The translations under genes and the position numbers were made by a program. Of a stretch of DNA of 64,000 bases, positions 56,415-64,000 are shown piece by piece. The first letter of the stretch is position 1, and each line of letters starts with the position of its first letter. The DNA lies in assembly GCA_964394305.1 (NCBI GenBank), contig CAYMWL010000021.1:7196-71195 (forward strand), in the 5' to 3' direction. The notes beneath the pieces were generated by a model. The model ran no database searches. It was not told where the DNA came from and was given only the letters and a program-made list of their open reading frames with translations. Source of the stretch: an uncultured Pirellulaceae bacterium (lineage in GTDB: Bacteria; Planctomycetota; Planctomycetia; Pirellulales; Pirellulaceae).

Positions 56415-57314
56415 ATGACTAGCGTCCACGCTCGCGGCCGGTTTGGACCGCTGCAACGTGCGGATCGTCCCAATTGCTACCTCAACACGGTAAGCGATGG
56501 ACGACAGCGGATGGCCGATGCGCGCATTGTCTTTTGCGGGCTGGCTCGCAATGTCGCCGACATCTTACCGCTCACCCGAACCCGCTTAGAGCGGACGGGC
56601 GCCTTGTTTCGAGACTATCGGATTTTTCTCTACGAGAATGATTCGCATGATTGCACCTCGCGTTTGCTGGCAGACTGGCATTCAGCCAATTCGCGAATGA
56701 GTTTTCGCAGCGATGGCCTGGGGCGACCACAGCATCCCTCCATCCGCTGCCTGAACCGTGCGGCAGACATGGCCGAGTATCGCAATCGCTGTCAGCAAGA
56801 AGTTGCTGAGCGGTGGAGTGATTTTGATTTTGTCTGCGTTGTCGATACCGACCTCCTCGGAGGCTGGAGCGACGAAGGCCTGGCCCATTCGTTCGGTTCG
56901 CAACCATGGGACTTTGTGGGTGCATACGGCACGATTAATCGCCGCCGCCATCTGACGCTGAAAGCCTTGCATTACGATGTGTGGGCGTATCGCGAATTCG
57001 GCGACTACACACCGGTCGATGGTCGCGTCGGCAATGCGCTGTCGTGGAACTGTGGCGAACCGCTGGTTCCAGTTTATTCTTGTTTTGGCGGGTTGGGTGT
57101 CTATTTGATGCCTGCCTGGCTATCGGCTCGATATTCCGGCGAGGACTGTGAGCACGTCACCTTGCATCGCAGCATGCGCGCTGCGGGTTATGGCCGGCAG
57201 TTTCTCAATCCCAGCCAGCGAACCTGCTACGGACGCAAGCCGCGGCGGTTCGACAGCCTGTTGCTGCCACTCGGCCGCGCCATCCATTCCACAGCGGCCA
57301 TCTTCGTGTTTTAG
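56415..57314 (+). CDS. Glycosyltransferase-like protein (GT-A; CAP59/GT69-like motifs)
   Basis: FCGLARN; LYENDSHDCT; MAEYRN; VVDTDL; VYSCFGGLGVY; DCEHV. Confidence 0.7.
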   Translation: MTSVHARGRFGPLQRADRPNCYLNTVSDGRQRMADARIVFCGLARNVADILPLTRTRLERTGALFRDYRIFLYENDSHDCTSRLLADWHSANSRMSFRSDGLGRPQHPSIRCLNRAADMAEYRNRCQQEVAERWSDFDFVCVVDTDLLGGWSDEGLAHSFGSQPWDFVGAYGTINRRRHLTLKALHYDVWAYREFGDYTPVDGRVGNALSWNCGEPLVPVYSCFGGLGVYLMPAWLSARYSGEDCEHVTLHRSMRAAGYGRQFLNPSQRTCYGRKPRRFDSLLLPLGRAIHSTAAIFVF

Positions 57315-57336
57315 CGTGCAAATTCGAGTAGGAATC

Positions 57337-58443
57337 ATGCAGAAGCCGCGTATTTCCATCATCGTTCCCTTGCCCGATCATCGCGGGCACGCGCTGGCTG
57401 GAATCGGCTCTTGGCTGCAACAAACCGTCGATCGTGATTGGGTGCAGGTCATTGTGATTGCCGACGGGCGAGAACCGGAACTCGAACGCGACATTGATAA
57501 TTTGCTTGGTCCGCACGATCTGAGATTGAGTGTTGAACGCGGCTCTTTGCATGATTGCTACAATGCCGGCGCGCACGCCGCCGCTGCCGATTTGTTCCTC
57601 TTCACCGAATCGCACGTGCAGGCTGATTCCGATTGCGTCGAGCAAGTTCTAAAGGGCCTGGCCGAATCGGATGTGGCCGCACTCGCCAGTGGCGGCATCG
57701 ACAAGGATCGTTTTGCCGCACAAGAGCAAGCGATCTACGATGAGGCATTAGAAACGCGTGTTGCTACAGGTTGGAACCTATGCACGGTTCGCGGCTTTGT
57801 CGCTCGCCGCGCCGCGTTTGCACGCTCGGGTGGATTCCAAGTCCGCTACGGTCATTTTTCCGAGCTGCTCTTGGGTGCCATGTTTAAGTCGCAAGGCGCA
57901 CGGATGGGCTATTTGCGCCGAGCGCGCGTGTCGCACTTCAATGACGGGACAATCGAGCACTTGGCACGCGAACTCGCTGAGTTTGGTCGAGAAGAGATTC
58001 ACTTTCGTGCCACGCAGCCGAACTCGCCCGTGTTGAACCATCTTGGCCCTTGTCCTATCTGGGAACAGCGGAAAACTTTTCACCGGGGTGCCGCACTCCA
58101 CGCAGCTGGTAAAGCACTGATACGAGGGGCTCGTGCGCTGCTGCAAGGAAAGGCGAAGGAGTTTGGCCGCAGTGCAGAAGCAGCCATTCGCGCGATCCCC
58201 TTCGTTTTCTTTGGTCCCCAGTGGCTCCAATGGCGAAGCGCGGCCAGCAGTGCTCTGGCGCGAAACTTGCTGAAAGTTAGCTATGTCCCAGACCGGTGGT
58301 ACTACGCCAATTTTTGCAACTTTTGGAATTGCGAAATCCGTCGCGGACGCGCCGCAGCAGTGGCCGAATGGCTGGCTCGTTCAAGATCTGTGCCGAGCAA
58401 AGAAGCAGCGACGCCGACGGTGCATTATAAATCGGCAGCATAA
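57337..58443 (+). CDS. GT2-like glycosyltransferase
   Basis: PRISIIVPL; VIVIADG; CYNAGAHAA..D..LFTESH; GGF...YGHFSE. ATG at 57337 after AGGA. Confidence 0.72.
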   Translation: MQKPRISIIVPLPDHRGHALAGIGSWLQQTVDRDWVQVIVIADGREPELERDIDNLLGPHDLRLSVERGSLHDCYNAGAHAAAADLFLFTESHVQADSDCVEQVLKGLAESDVAALASGGIDKDRFAAQEQAIYDEALETRVATGWNLCTVRGFVARRAAFARSGGFQVRYGHFSELLLGAMFKSQGARMGYLRRARVSHFNDGTIEHLARELAEFGREEIHFRATQPNSPVLNHLGPCPIWEQRKTFHRGAALHAAGKALIRGARALLQGKAKEFGRSAEAAIRAIPFVFFGPQWLQWRSAASSALARNLLKVSYVPDRWYYANFCNFWNCEIRRGRAAAVAEWLARSRSVPSKEAATPTVHYKSAA

Positions 58444-58458
58444 CGAGTAGGCCGACGC

Positions 58459-59298
58459 TTACGAAGTTTTCCACCCCGCTGCTTCTTCACCATCCAATCG
58501 CAGCGTCAAACACTTCGCGCTGCCACCTGCTTTTACAAATTCACTGAGTGGCGTTTCGTGTGCTGTGTAGCCTGCTGCGGTTAGATCGCGATGTAGTTGC
58601 GGGCACCCCGTGTTCGTCACCACGTGCTTGCCGACAACAACGGCATTGCACGCAAAACTGTGCGCCTCGTCTGCCGAGACTTCAATCAACTTCGGCACCG
58701 CCTCGCGCAACGCCGCGCGGCCGTAATCGTCGAATGCGCCGGGAAACCAAATCGCTTCACCCGCCGCGAGCGGGCAACAGCAGGTATCAAGGTGATAATA
58801 ATGTGTGTCGAACAGTTCCAAGGGAATCACGCGACTGTCGACCAACTTGGCTACCAGCTGCTGACTGTGAATGTCACTCCGAATGCGATAGCCGGCAAGC
58901 AACGTCTCGCCGCAGAAGAGGGCATCGCCGGCACCTTCGAAATATCGGCCATTGGGCAAACGTTGCACCGCGAAGCCGTGTTCGCTCAGCCAGCGTTCGC
59001 AGAGCTGCTCTTCGCCTTGGCGTTGTTCGTGCCGAAAATGCGCGAGGATCGCTTGCTGGCGATAAATCATCGCCGCGTTGGCAGTGAAGACTAAGTCGGG
59101 CAGCCCTGCGGCGGGTTCCAGCAGTGAAATCCGCGCGCCGACTCCTTCCAGCAGGGCTTTCAGGTCCTTCCACTGCTGCTTTGCTAACTCACGATCCGCC
59201 TGCCGGCTGCGACTCATCCAAGGATTGATTTCATACTCAATGCCGTAGAAATCGGGCGGACACATGAGAATATGGGGTGTCCCGCTCATGAAACTCAC
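58459..59298 (-). CDS. Amidinotransferase / DDAH (arginine deiminase-related) family protein
   Basis: YEINPWM; PDLVFTAN; FEGAGD; YHLDT; GGSAKCLTL. Confidence 0.9.
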   Translation of the reverse strand: MSFMSGTPHILMCPPDFYGIEYEINPWMSRSRQADRELAKQQWKDLKALLEGVGARISLLEPAAGLPDLVFTANAAMIYRQQAILAHFRHEQRQGEEQLCERWLSEHGFAVQRLPNGRYFEGAGDALFCGETLLAGYRIRSDIHSQQLVAKLVDSRVIPLELFDTHYYHLDTCCCPLAAGEAIWFPGAFDDYGRAALREAVPKLIEVSADEAHSFACNAVVVGKHVVTNTGCPQLHRDLTAAGYTAHETPLSEFVKAGGSAKCLTLRLDGEEAAGWKTS

Positions 59299-59409
59299 CC
59301 TTCGCTAGCATGTGGCCTGAAATCGCTGAACGCAAGCAATCTTGTGACAAATGAGCGAATCTTCTAGTATTCGTCGCCCAGTCTCTCGAACCTTTCTATC
59401 ATTGTACTG

Positions 59410-59901
59410 ATGATCGACTACGAAGTTTCTCGCTGTACCCGCCGCTGCGCCGCGACCGATCGCGAACTGCAGCCCGGTGAGGCGTTTTACTCTGTGCTCG
59501 TTCCTCAGGGGGGACAGGTGCTGCGACACGACTATTCGGTTGCCGCTTGGAAAGGCCCACCGGAGAACGCGCTGGGCTGGTGGAAGTCGACGATGGCCGA
59601 CGCCAGTCGCAAGCCACAATGGGCGCCGCACGATGTGATGCTCGAGTTCTTCGAAGGGCTCGAGCAAGATCCAACCCGCGAGGATCTGCGTTATGTCCTC
59701 GCGCTGCTGCTGGTGCGCCGCCGCGTGTTGCGGCTCGAAGGCGAAGAAACTGATCACCTCGGCCGCACGGTGCAAGTGCTCGATTGTGCGAAGAAGGAAA
59801 TGCAATATCGCGTCGCCGTTGTGCTGCCCGAAGCCCATCGCGCTGCGGAGTTGCAAGCGCAGCTCGCTCAACTCCTGACCCAGCCCGGCAGTTCGACCTG
59901 A
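59410..59901 (+). CDS. Conserved hypothetical protein
   Basis: 163-aa ORF with normal codon usage; N-terminal CTRRC; YVLALLLVRRRVLRL. Confidence 0.7.
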   Translation: MIDYEVSRCTRRCAATDRELQPGEAFYSVLVPQGGQVLRHDYSVAAWKGPPENALGWWKSTMADASRKPQWAPHDVMLEFFEGLEQDPTREDLRYVLALLLVRRRVLRLEGEETDHLGRTVQVLDCAKKEMQYRVAVVLPEAHRAAELQAQLAQLLTQPGSST

Positions 59902-59937
59902 ACGAATCCTGAAAAATCCAGTTGCAAGGATGCAACG

Positions 59938-60966
59938 TTGAATCGCTCACTCCAACTGCTGCTCATCGCACTCGTCGCTCTCAGCGCTGCGGGTTGTCGT
60001 AGTTGGCCGGGATTCGTTTCTCCTTGGGCACAGCGGCAACAAGATGCACCGCCGGTCCTATTCAGCTCGATCCCTGCCAAAGAAGAGTTAGTCGCGGCGC
60101 TCAATATTCCCAGCAGCAAGATCCAATCGCTACAGACACAAGGCGCCACGGTTTCAATTTCCGGTGTGCCCAACATCGCGACGGATATCTCGCTGCAACG
60201 CCCCGGCCGTTTTCGCTTCAAGGCTTCGTCGAGTTTCCTAGGTCAACTGGTCGACATGGGTTCGAACGACGAGATGTTGTGGTTCTGGACCTCGCAGGGA
60301 AGTCCACCGGATGTCTTCTTCGCCCGGCATGATCGCCTCGCGCAAAGCTCCATTCGCCAGCGCTTGGCCGTCGATCCCAGCATGATCATTGAAGCGTTCG
60401 GCTTGCTCGATCTCAAACCCGAGCAGGTCATCGGTGAACCAACGGCGGCGGGCAAAGATCGTCTGCAACTCGTCTGCCGCCAACTCACACCGGCTGGCGA
60501 ATGCACACGCACGCTGCTTGTTCATAACAAGCATGGTTACTTGCTCGAACAACGATTGACCGATGCTGCCGGTCGCCCGCTGCTCCATGCCCGCTTGTCC
60601 AATCAACAACATTACGCGCTCGATGGTGTAACGCTGCCGCAGGAGATCGACTTGCACATTCCGAGTGGCGAAAACATGCGGGTGCAACTACATGTGCCGC
60701 GTTACTCGATCAATCAGCCGCTCCCCAACGGCGATGCCACGTTTGCCTTTCCGCAGGAGCAATTGGCTCAGCATCGCATGATCGACATTGCCGACCCCAA
60801 CTTCTTGCCGCCTGGACAGCAGGCACCCGCACAGTATTCTTCCCCAGGCTATCCTCCGCCAACCGCTCAACCCGGATATCCGCAACCAACTTACCCGCAG
60901 CCTGCCTATTCGACGCCCCGAGCCAGCCAGACGCCGGCGCAGCCCTATCGCGGTCGACTATACTAA
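59938..60966 (+). CDS. Hypothetical lipoprotein (possible LolA/LolB-like fold) with Pro/Gln/Tyr-rich tail
   Basis: TTG start; lipobox LSAAGC; DMGSNDEMLWFW; YPQP repeats at the C-terminus. Confidence 0.68.
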   Translation: MNRSLQLLLIALVALSAAGCRSWPGFVSPWAQRQQDAPPVLFSSIPAKEELVAALNIPSSKIQSLQTQGATVSISGVPNIATDISLQRPGRFRFKASSSFLGQLVDMGSNDEMLWFWTSQGSPPDVFFARHDRLAQSSIRQRLAVDPSMIIEAFGLLDLKPEQVIGEPTAAGKDRLQLVCRQLTPAGECTRTLLVHNKHGYLLEQRLTDAAGRPLLHARLSNQQHYALDGVTLPQEIDLHIPSGENMRVQLHVPRYSINQPLPNGDATFAFPQEQLAQHRMIDIADPNFLPPGQQAPAQYSSPGYPPPTAQPGYPQPTYPQPAYSTPRASQTPAQPYRGRLY

Positions 60967-61044
60967 GCAAACGCGAACTCGTTGCGCGGCAACGAGGCAC
61001 GACTGAGTTCGCGATCAGGGGCAGAACTTTTCTTGAGTCCTCGC

Positions 61045-62205
61045 ATGACTTCATCCACTCTGAATCTGCCTTTCCAATTCCTGTGCGCTTTGTGCGCAGG
61101 ATTGCTTATCGCAAATAGTGTCTCGGCCGTCGAACTGATCACCGTCAAAAAAGGCGGCGTCACGCGGATCTTGAAGGGCAAGGTGCTCGTCGAAGCTGAA
61201 GATGGTGGCGTGCTCTTGCTCACACAAGACGGCAAACACTGGCCGCTTCCCAAAGAAGAGATTCAATCGCGAAAGTCCGACGAAAAACTATTCCAGCCGC
61301 TAACCAAAGCAGAATACAACAAGCAACTGCTGGCCGCATTGCCGCAGGGTTTCAAGATTCATCAGACCAAGCATTATTCAATTTGTTACAACACATCGAC
61401 CGGTTATGCCCAATGGGTCGGCGCACTCTATGAGCGGCTCTACTCGGCGTTTTATGTCTACTGGCCCAGCAAAGGGGCCGAGCTTAGAGAGCCGGAGTTC
61501 CCCCTCGCCGCGGTTGTGTTCGATACGCGGGCTAACTACGAGCAATATGCTCGCGGCGAGCTCGGCGCGTCGACCTCGACCATCATGGGCTTCTACAGTC
61601 TGCATACGAACATGGTCACGATGTACGACCTGACCGGGCACGAAGAACTCCACTTTGTCGGCGATCGCAATTCGCAAGCCCGCATTAGCCAGGTGTTGTC
61701 GCAGCCCAATGCCGAGCGGAATGTTGCAACCATCGTGCACGAAGCGACCCATCAGCTGGCCTTCAACAGCGGCTTGCAGCAGCGTTTCACCGATACGCCG
61801 TTCTGGGTCAGCGAAGGCCTGGCTGTGTTTTTTGAAACGCCGGATCTCGACAACGCCAAAGGCTGGCGAAAAATCGGCGCCGTAAATCGCTACAACTTGA
61901 TCAACTTCCGCAAGTACTTGCGGACACGCGAACCGGGCGCGCTATCGAAGCTGCTTTCCGACGACAAACGCTTCCGCGATCCAGCCTCGATGGCTGATGC
62001 CTATTCCGAAGCTTGGGCGCTGAACTATTACCTGATCAACACGCAAGCCCAAACTTATTCGAAATATCTCAAGGTCTTGAGCGAACAAACGCCGCTCGTG
62101 ATGCAAGACCCCGCCGCCCGCCAAGAACAATTCCTGAAGCTCTTTGGCCGGAGTTTGGAAGAGCTCGAAACGGACTTCTTGAAATACATGCGCAACGTCG
62201 AATAG
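61045..62205 (+). CDS. DUF1570 domain protein (putative zinc metallopeptidase)
   Basis: Signal peptide; TIVHEATHQLAFNSG (HExxH); FWVSEGLAVFFE; YSEAWAL. Confidence 0.85.
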   Translation: MTSSTLNLPFQFLCALCAGLLIANSVSAVELITVKKGGVTRILKGKVLVEAEDGGVLLLTQDGKHWPLPKEEIQSRKSDEKLFQPLTKAEYNKQLLAALPQGFKIHQTKHYSICYNTSTGYAQWVGALYERLYSAFYVYWPSKGAELREPEFPLAAVVFDTRANYEQYARGELGASTSTIMGFYSLHTNMVTMYDLTGHEELHFVGDRNSQARISQVLSQPNAERNVATIVHEATHQLAFNSGLQQRFTDTPFWVSEGLAVFFETPDLDNAKGWRKIGAVNRYNLINFRKYLRTREPGALSKLLSDDKRFRDPASMADAYSEAWALNYYLINTQAQTYSKYLKVLSEQTPLVMQDPAARQEQFLKLFGRSLEELETDFLKYMRNVE

Positions 62206-62217
62206 CGCGACTACTGG

Positions 62218-63210
62218 TTACTTGGGCGCTGCCGGGTTGACCGTCACTTCGCTGTCAGGCAGCGCCTCGATCTTGGCATCGACACCTTTCAGATGCTTGT
62301 CGAAGAAGGCAACGGTCAGTTTGACAACCGCTGGCATCGCGAACGAAGCGCCACCATGGCCCGCACCGGGCAGCTTCTGCAGCGTGGTTTCGACGCCTGC
62401 TTTCGCGAGCAGATTGTTCAGCTCCACGCTTTGCTCGTAAGGCACCAGCGTGTCGTGATCGCCGTGCAGAATCAAAAAGGGCGGGTTGTCCTTGCTGACG
62501 TACTGTACCGGGCTCACTGCGTCGCATTTCGCTTTGTCTTCGCCGAGCTTCGCGGCGATCAAACGCGAATAGGGATCGCCGTTGTTCCACTTGAAGATGT
62601 TTTTAACGTTCTTGTCTTCTTCGGCTTGCTTGATCACGGTCCAAAAATTCGTGGGCCCGAAGATATCGCAAACCGCCTGTACGCGATCTGACTGATCTTC
62701 GTTGCCGCCGATCGCGGGAAACGCCTTCTTTCCGCCACTCGTTCCCACGAGCGCCGCAAGATGGCCGCCGGCCGATGCGCCGCCGACGCCGACTCGCTCT
62801 GGATCGATGCTGTACCTCTTGGCGTTGGCTCGCAAAAAGCGAATGGCTGCCTGGCAGTCTTGAATCTGCGCTGGGAACGGCGCCTTTTGGCTGAAGCGAT
62901 ACTCGATGCTGGCCGCCACATAACCGCGAGGCAACTGACTTAGATAAGGCATGCCGGCCTTGCTGCCACCGCTCCAACCGCCGCCGTGAATCCAGATAAG
63001 CAGCGGCAGCGGCTTCTCGGCTACAGTTTCCGGATAGTAGATGTCTAGCGCTTGGGCGTCGTCTCCATCCGGCACGTACTTCACGTCGTACTCGGCCGTG
63101 AAACCCTTCGGCAACGCGGGCCGCTGCGGCGCTTGCTTCTGCGCAATCGCCGTTCCGCTCCAGCAACAATAAACGGCAAGCACAATGGCGAACAGACGCA
63201 GCGAGCGCAT
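62218..63210 (-). CDS. Exported alpha/beta hydrolase (carboxylesterase, BD-FAE-like)
   Basis: IHGGGWSGGSK; GASAGGHL; LILHGDHD; GAGHG. Confidence 0.9.
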   Translation of the reverse strand: MRSLRLFAIVLAVYCCWSGTAIAQKQAPQRPALPKGFTAEYDVKYVPDGDDAQALDIYYPETVAEKPLPLLIWIHGGGWSGGSKAGMPYLSQLPRGYVAASIEYRFSQKAPFPAQIQDCQAAIRFLRANAKRYSIDPERVGVGGASAGGHLAALVGTSGGKKAFPAIGGNEDQSDRVQAVCDIFGPTNFWTVIKQAEEDKNVKNIFKWNNGDPYSRLIAAKLGEDKAKCDAVSPVQYVSKDNPPFLILHGDHDTLVPYEQSVELNNLLAKAGVETTLQKLPGAGHGGASFAMPAVVKLTVAFFDKHLKGVDAKIEALPDSEVTVNPAAPK

Positions 63211-63385
63211 TGAGTAATTCCTCGTGATTAGAAATTAGGTGAAGACAGCATGGTAACAACGCCGCGACACGTCGGGAACTATCAAATTCACAAACGTTGA
63301 TATCAAGGTCCGCCGCGGTGTAGATTGACGCAACTTGAAGCCGCCGCGCCCGCCTGGTCGTCGCTGGCTTTGAACAGGAGTCACC

Positions 63386-64000
63386 ATGAAGTACGCGTCA
63401 CTTTTGTTGTTCACTTGGCTTGCGTTTTTCCTTTCCGCTGCAGCTGCCGACCGTTGGCCGCAGTTGCAGGGGGATGCGCTTCGTTCGGGAAATGCGCCCG
63501 AAGTGGTGTTGCCGGAAAAAATTGGATTGCTTGGCGCTGTCCCGCTGACTGATGGCATTTACGCGGCGCCAGTCGTCGCGGACGGCCTGGTTTATGTGGT
63601 CGACGGCGCTGGCGTGGTAAGTTGCGTCGACACCAAGTCGCTGGAAGTGCGCTGGCGGTTTGCAACTCGCGGCGGAGCGGGAAATTGTAACAACGTCGCG
63701 ACTCCGGCGCTCAGCGGACCTTATCTGCATGTGGGCACGACGGCCGGTTACTACTACGTGCTGAAACGCGACAGCGGCGAAGTGGTGCGCGAAATCGATT
63801 GCCGCGAACCGATTTTCTCGGCGCCGGCGGTGGGAAACAATCGCGTTTATTTTGCGACGCTCGGTGCGCAGATCTATGCGTTGGAGCCGGACGGCAATAC
63901 GGTTTGGACCTGGGACTTCGTCAAGGAAGTGGTCAAGTTCAATGGAAATCGCTGGAGCGGCGAAGATTGGTTGAAGGACCGCCAAGGCCGCGTGAACTGG
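63386..64000 (+). CDS. PQQ-binding-like beta-propeller protein, 5' part (runs off the window)
   Basis: AGGAG RBS, ATG at 63386; MKYASLLLF...DRWPQLQGDALRSG; APVVADGLVY; SAPAVGNNRVYF; open to the end of the window. Not in the ORF track. Confidence 0.85.
   Translation, partial: MKYASLLLFTWLAFFLSAAAADRWPQLQGDALRSGNAPEVVLPEKIGLLGAVPLTDGIYAAPVVADGLVYVVDGAGVVSCVDTKSLEVRWRFATRGGAGNCNNVATPALSGPYLHVGTTAGYYYVLKRDSGEVVREIDCREPIFSAPAVGNNRVYFATLGAQIYALEPDGNTVWTWDFVKEVVKFNGNRWSGEDWLKDRQGRVNW

Noticed and set aside
1-64000. tRNA/rRNA genes, known riboswitches, IS elements, integrases, prophage
   Set aside because: No cloverleaf or T-loop signature, Moco/cobalamin/TPP/c-di-GMP consensus, or mobile-element ORF was seen by eye; an Infernal/Rfam scan would be decisive.

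Overview
Chromosomal window of a GC-rich bacterium with a typical planctomycete (Pirellulaceae-like) gene repertoire: PSD1/DUF1553-DUF1501 pair, sulfatases, PQQ-type beta-propellers, DUF1570, Hanks kinase and an Lpg1974/BBP7-like barrel. The taxon is inferred from gene content only. Housekeeping genes include aroC (3' end), sua5, prc, PPi-type pfk, hisDCB, tdh and mfd. I found no tRNA, rRNA, CRISPR array, integrase or transposase. Two things stand out. (1) A tightly coupled operon at 37.9-45.1 kb encodes a tandem-domain ModA whose second domain has Cys at oxyanion-ligand positions, ModB, ModC, a MoaD/ThiS sulfur carrier, a nif-type HesA adenylyltransferase and a large exported beta-propeller with a degenerate methyltransferase-like insert and Cys motifs. 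No nif or canonical Moco genes are in the window. (2) Two mutually homologous ~185-bp non-coding elements built from GATAAC boxes with conserved spacing lie at 29486-29668 (minus) and 45114-45374 (plus); the second sits in a convergent gap where it cannot be a promoter of either flanking gene. All family calls come from motif recognition by eye; no database search was run.
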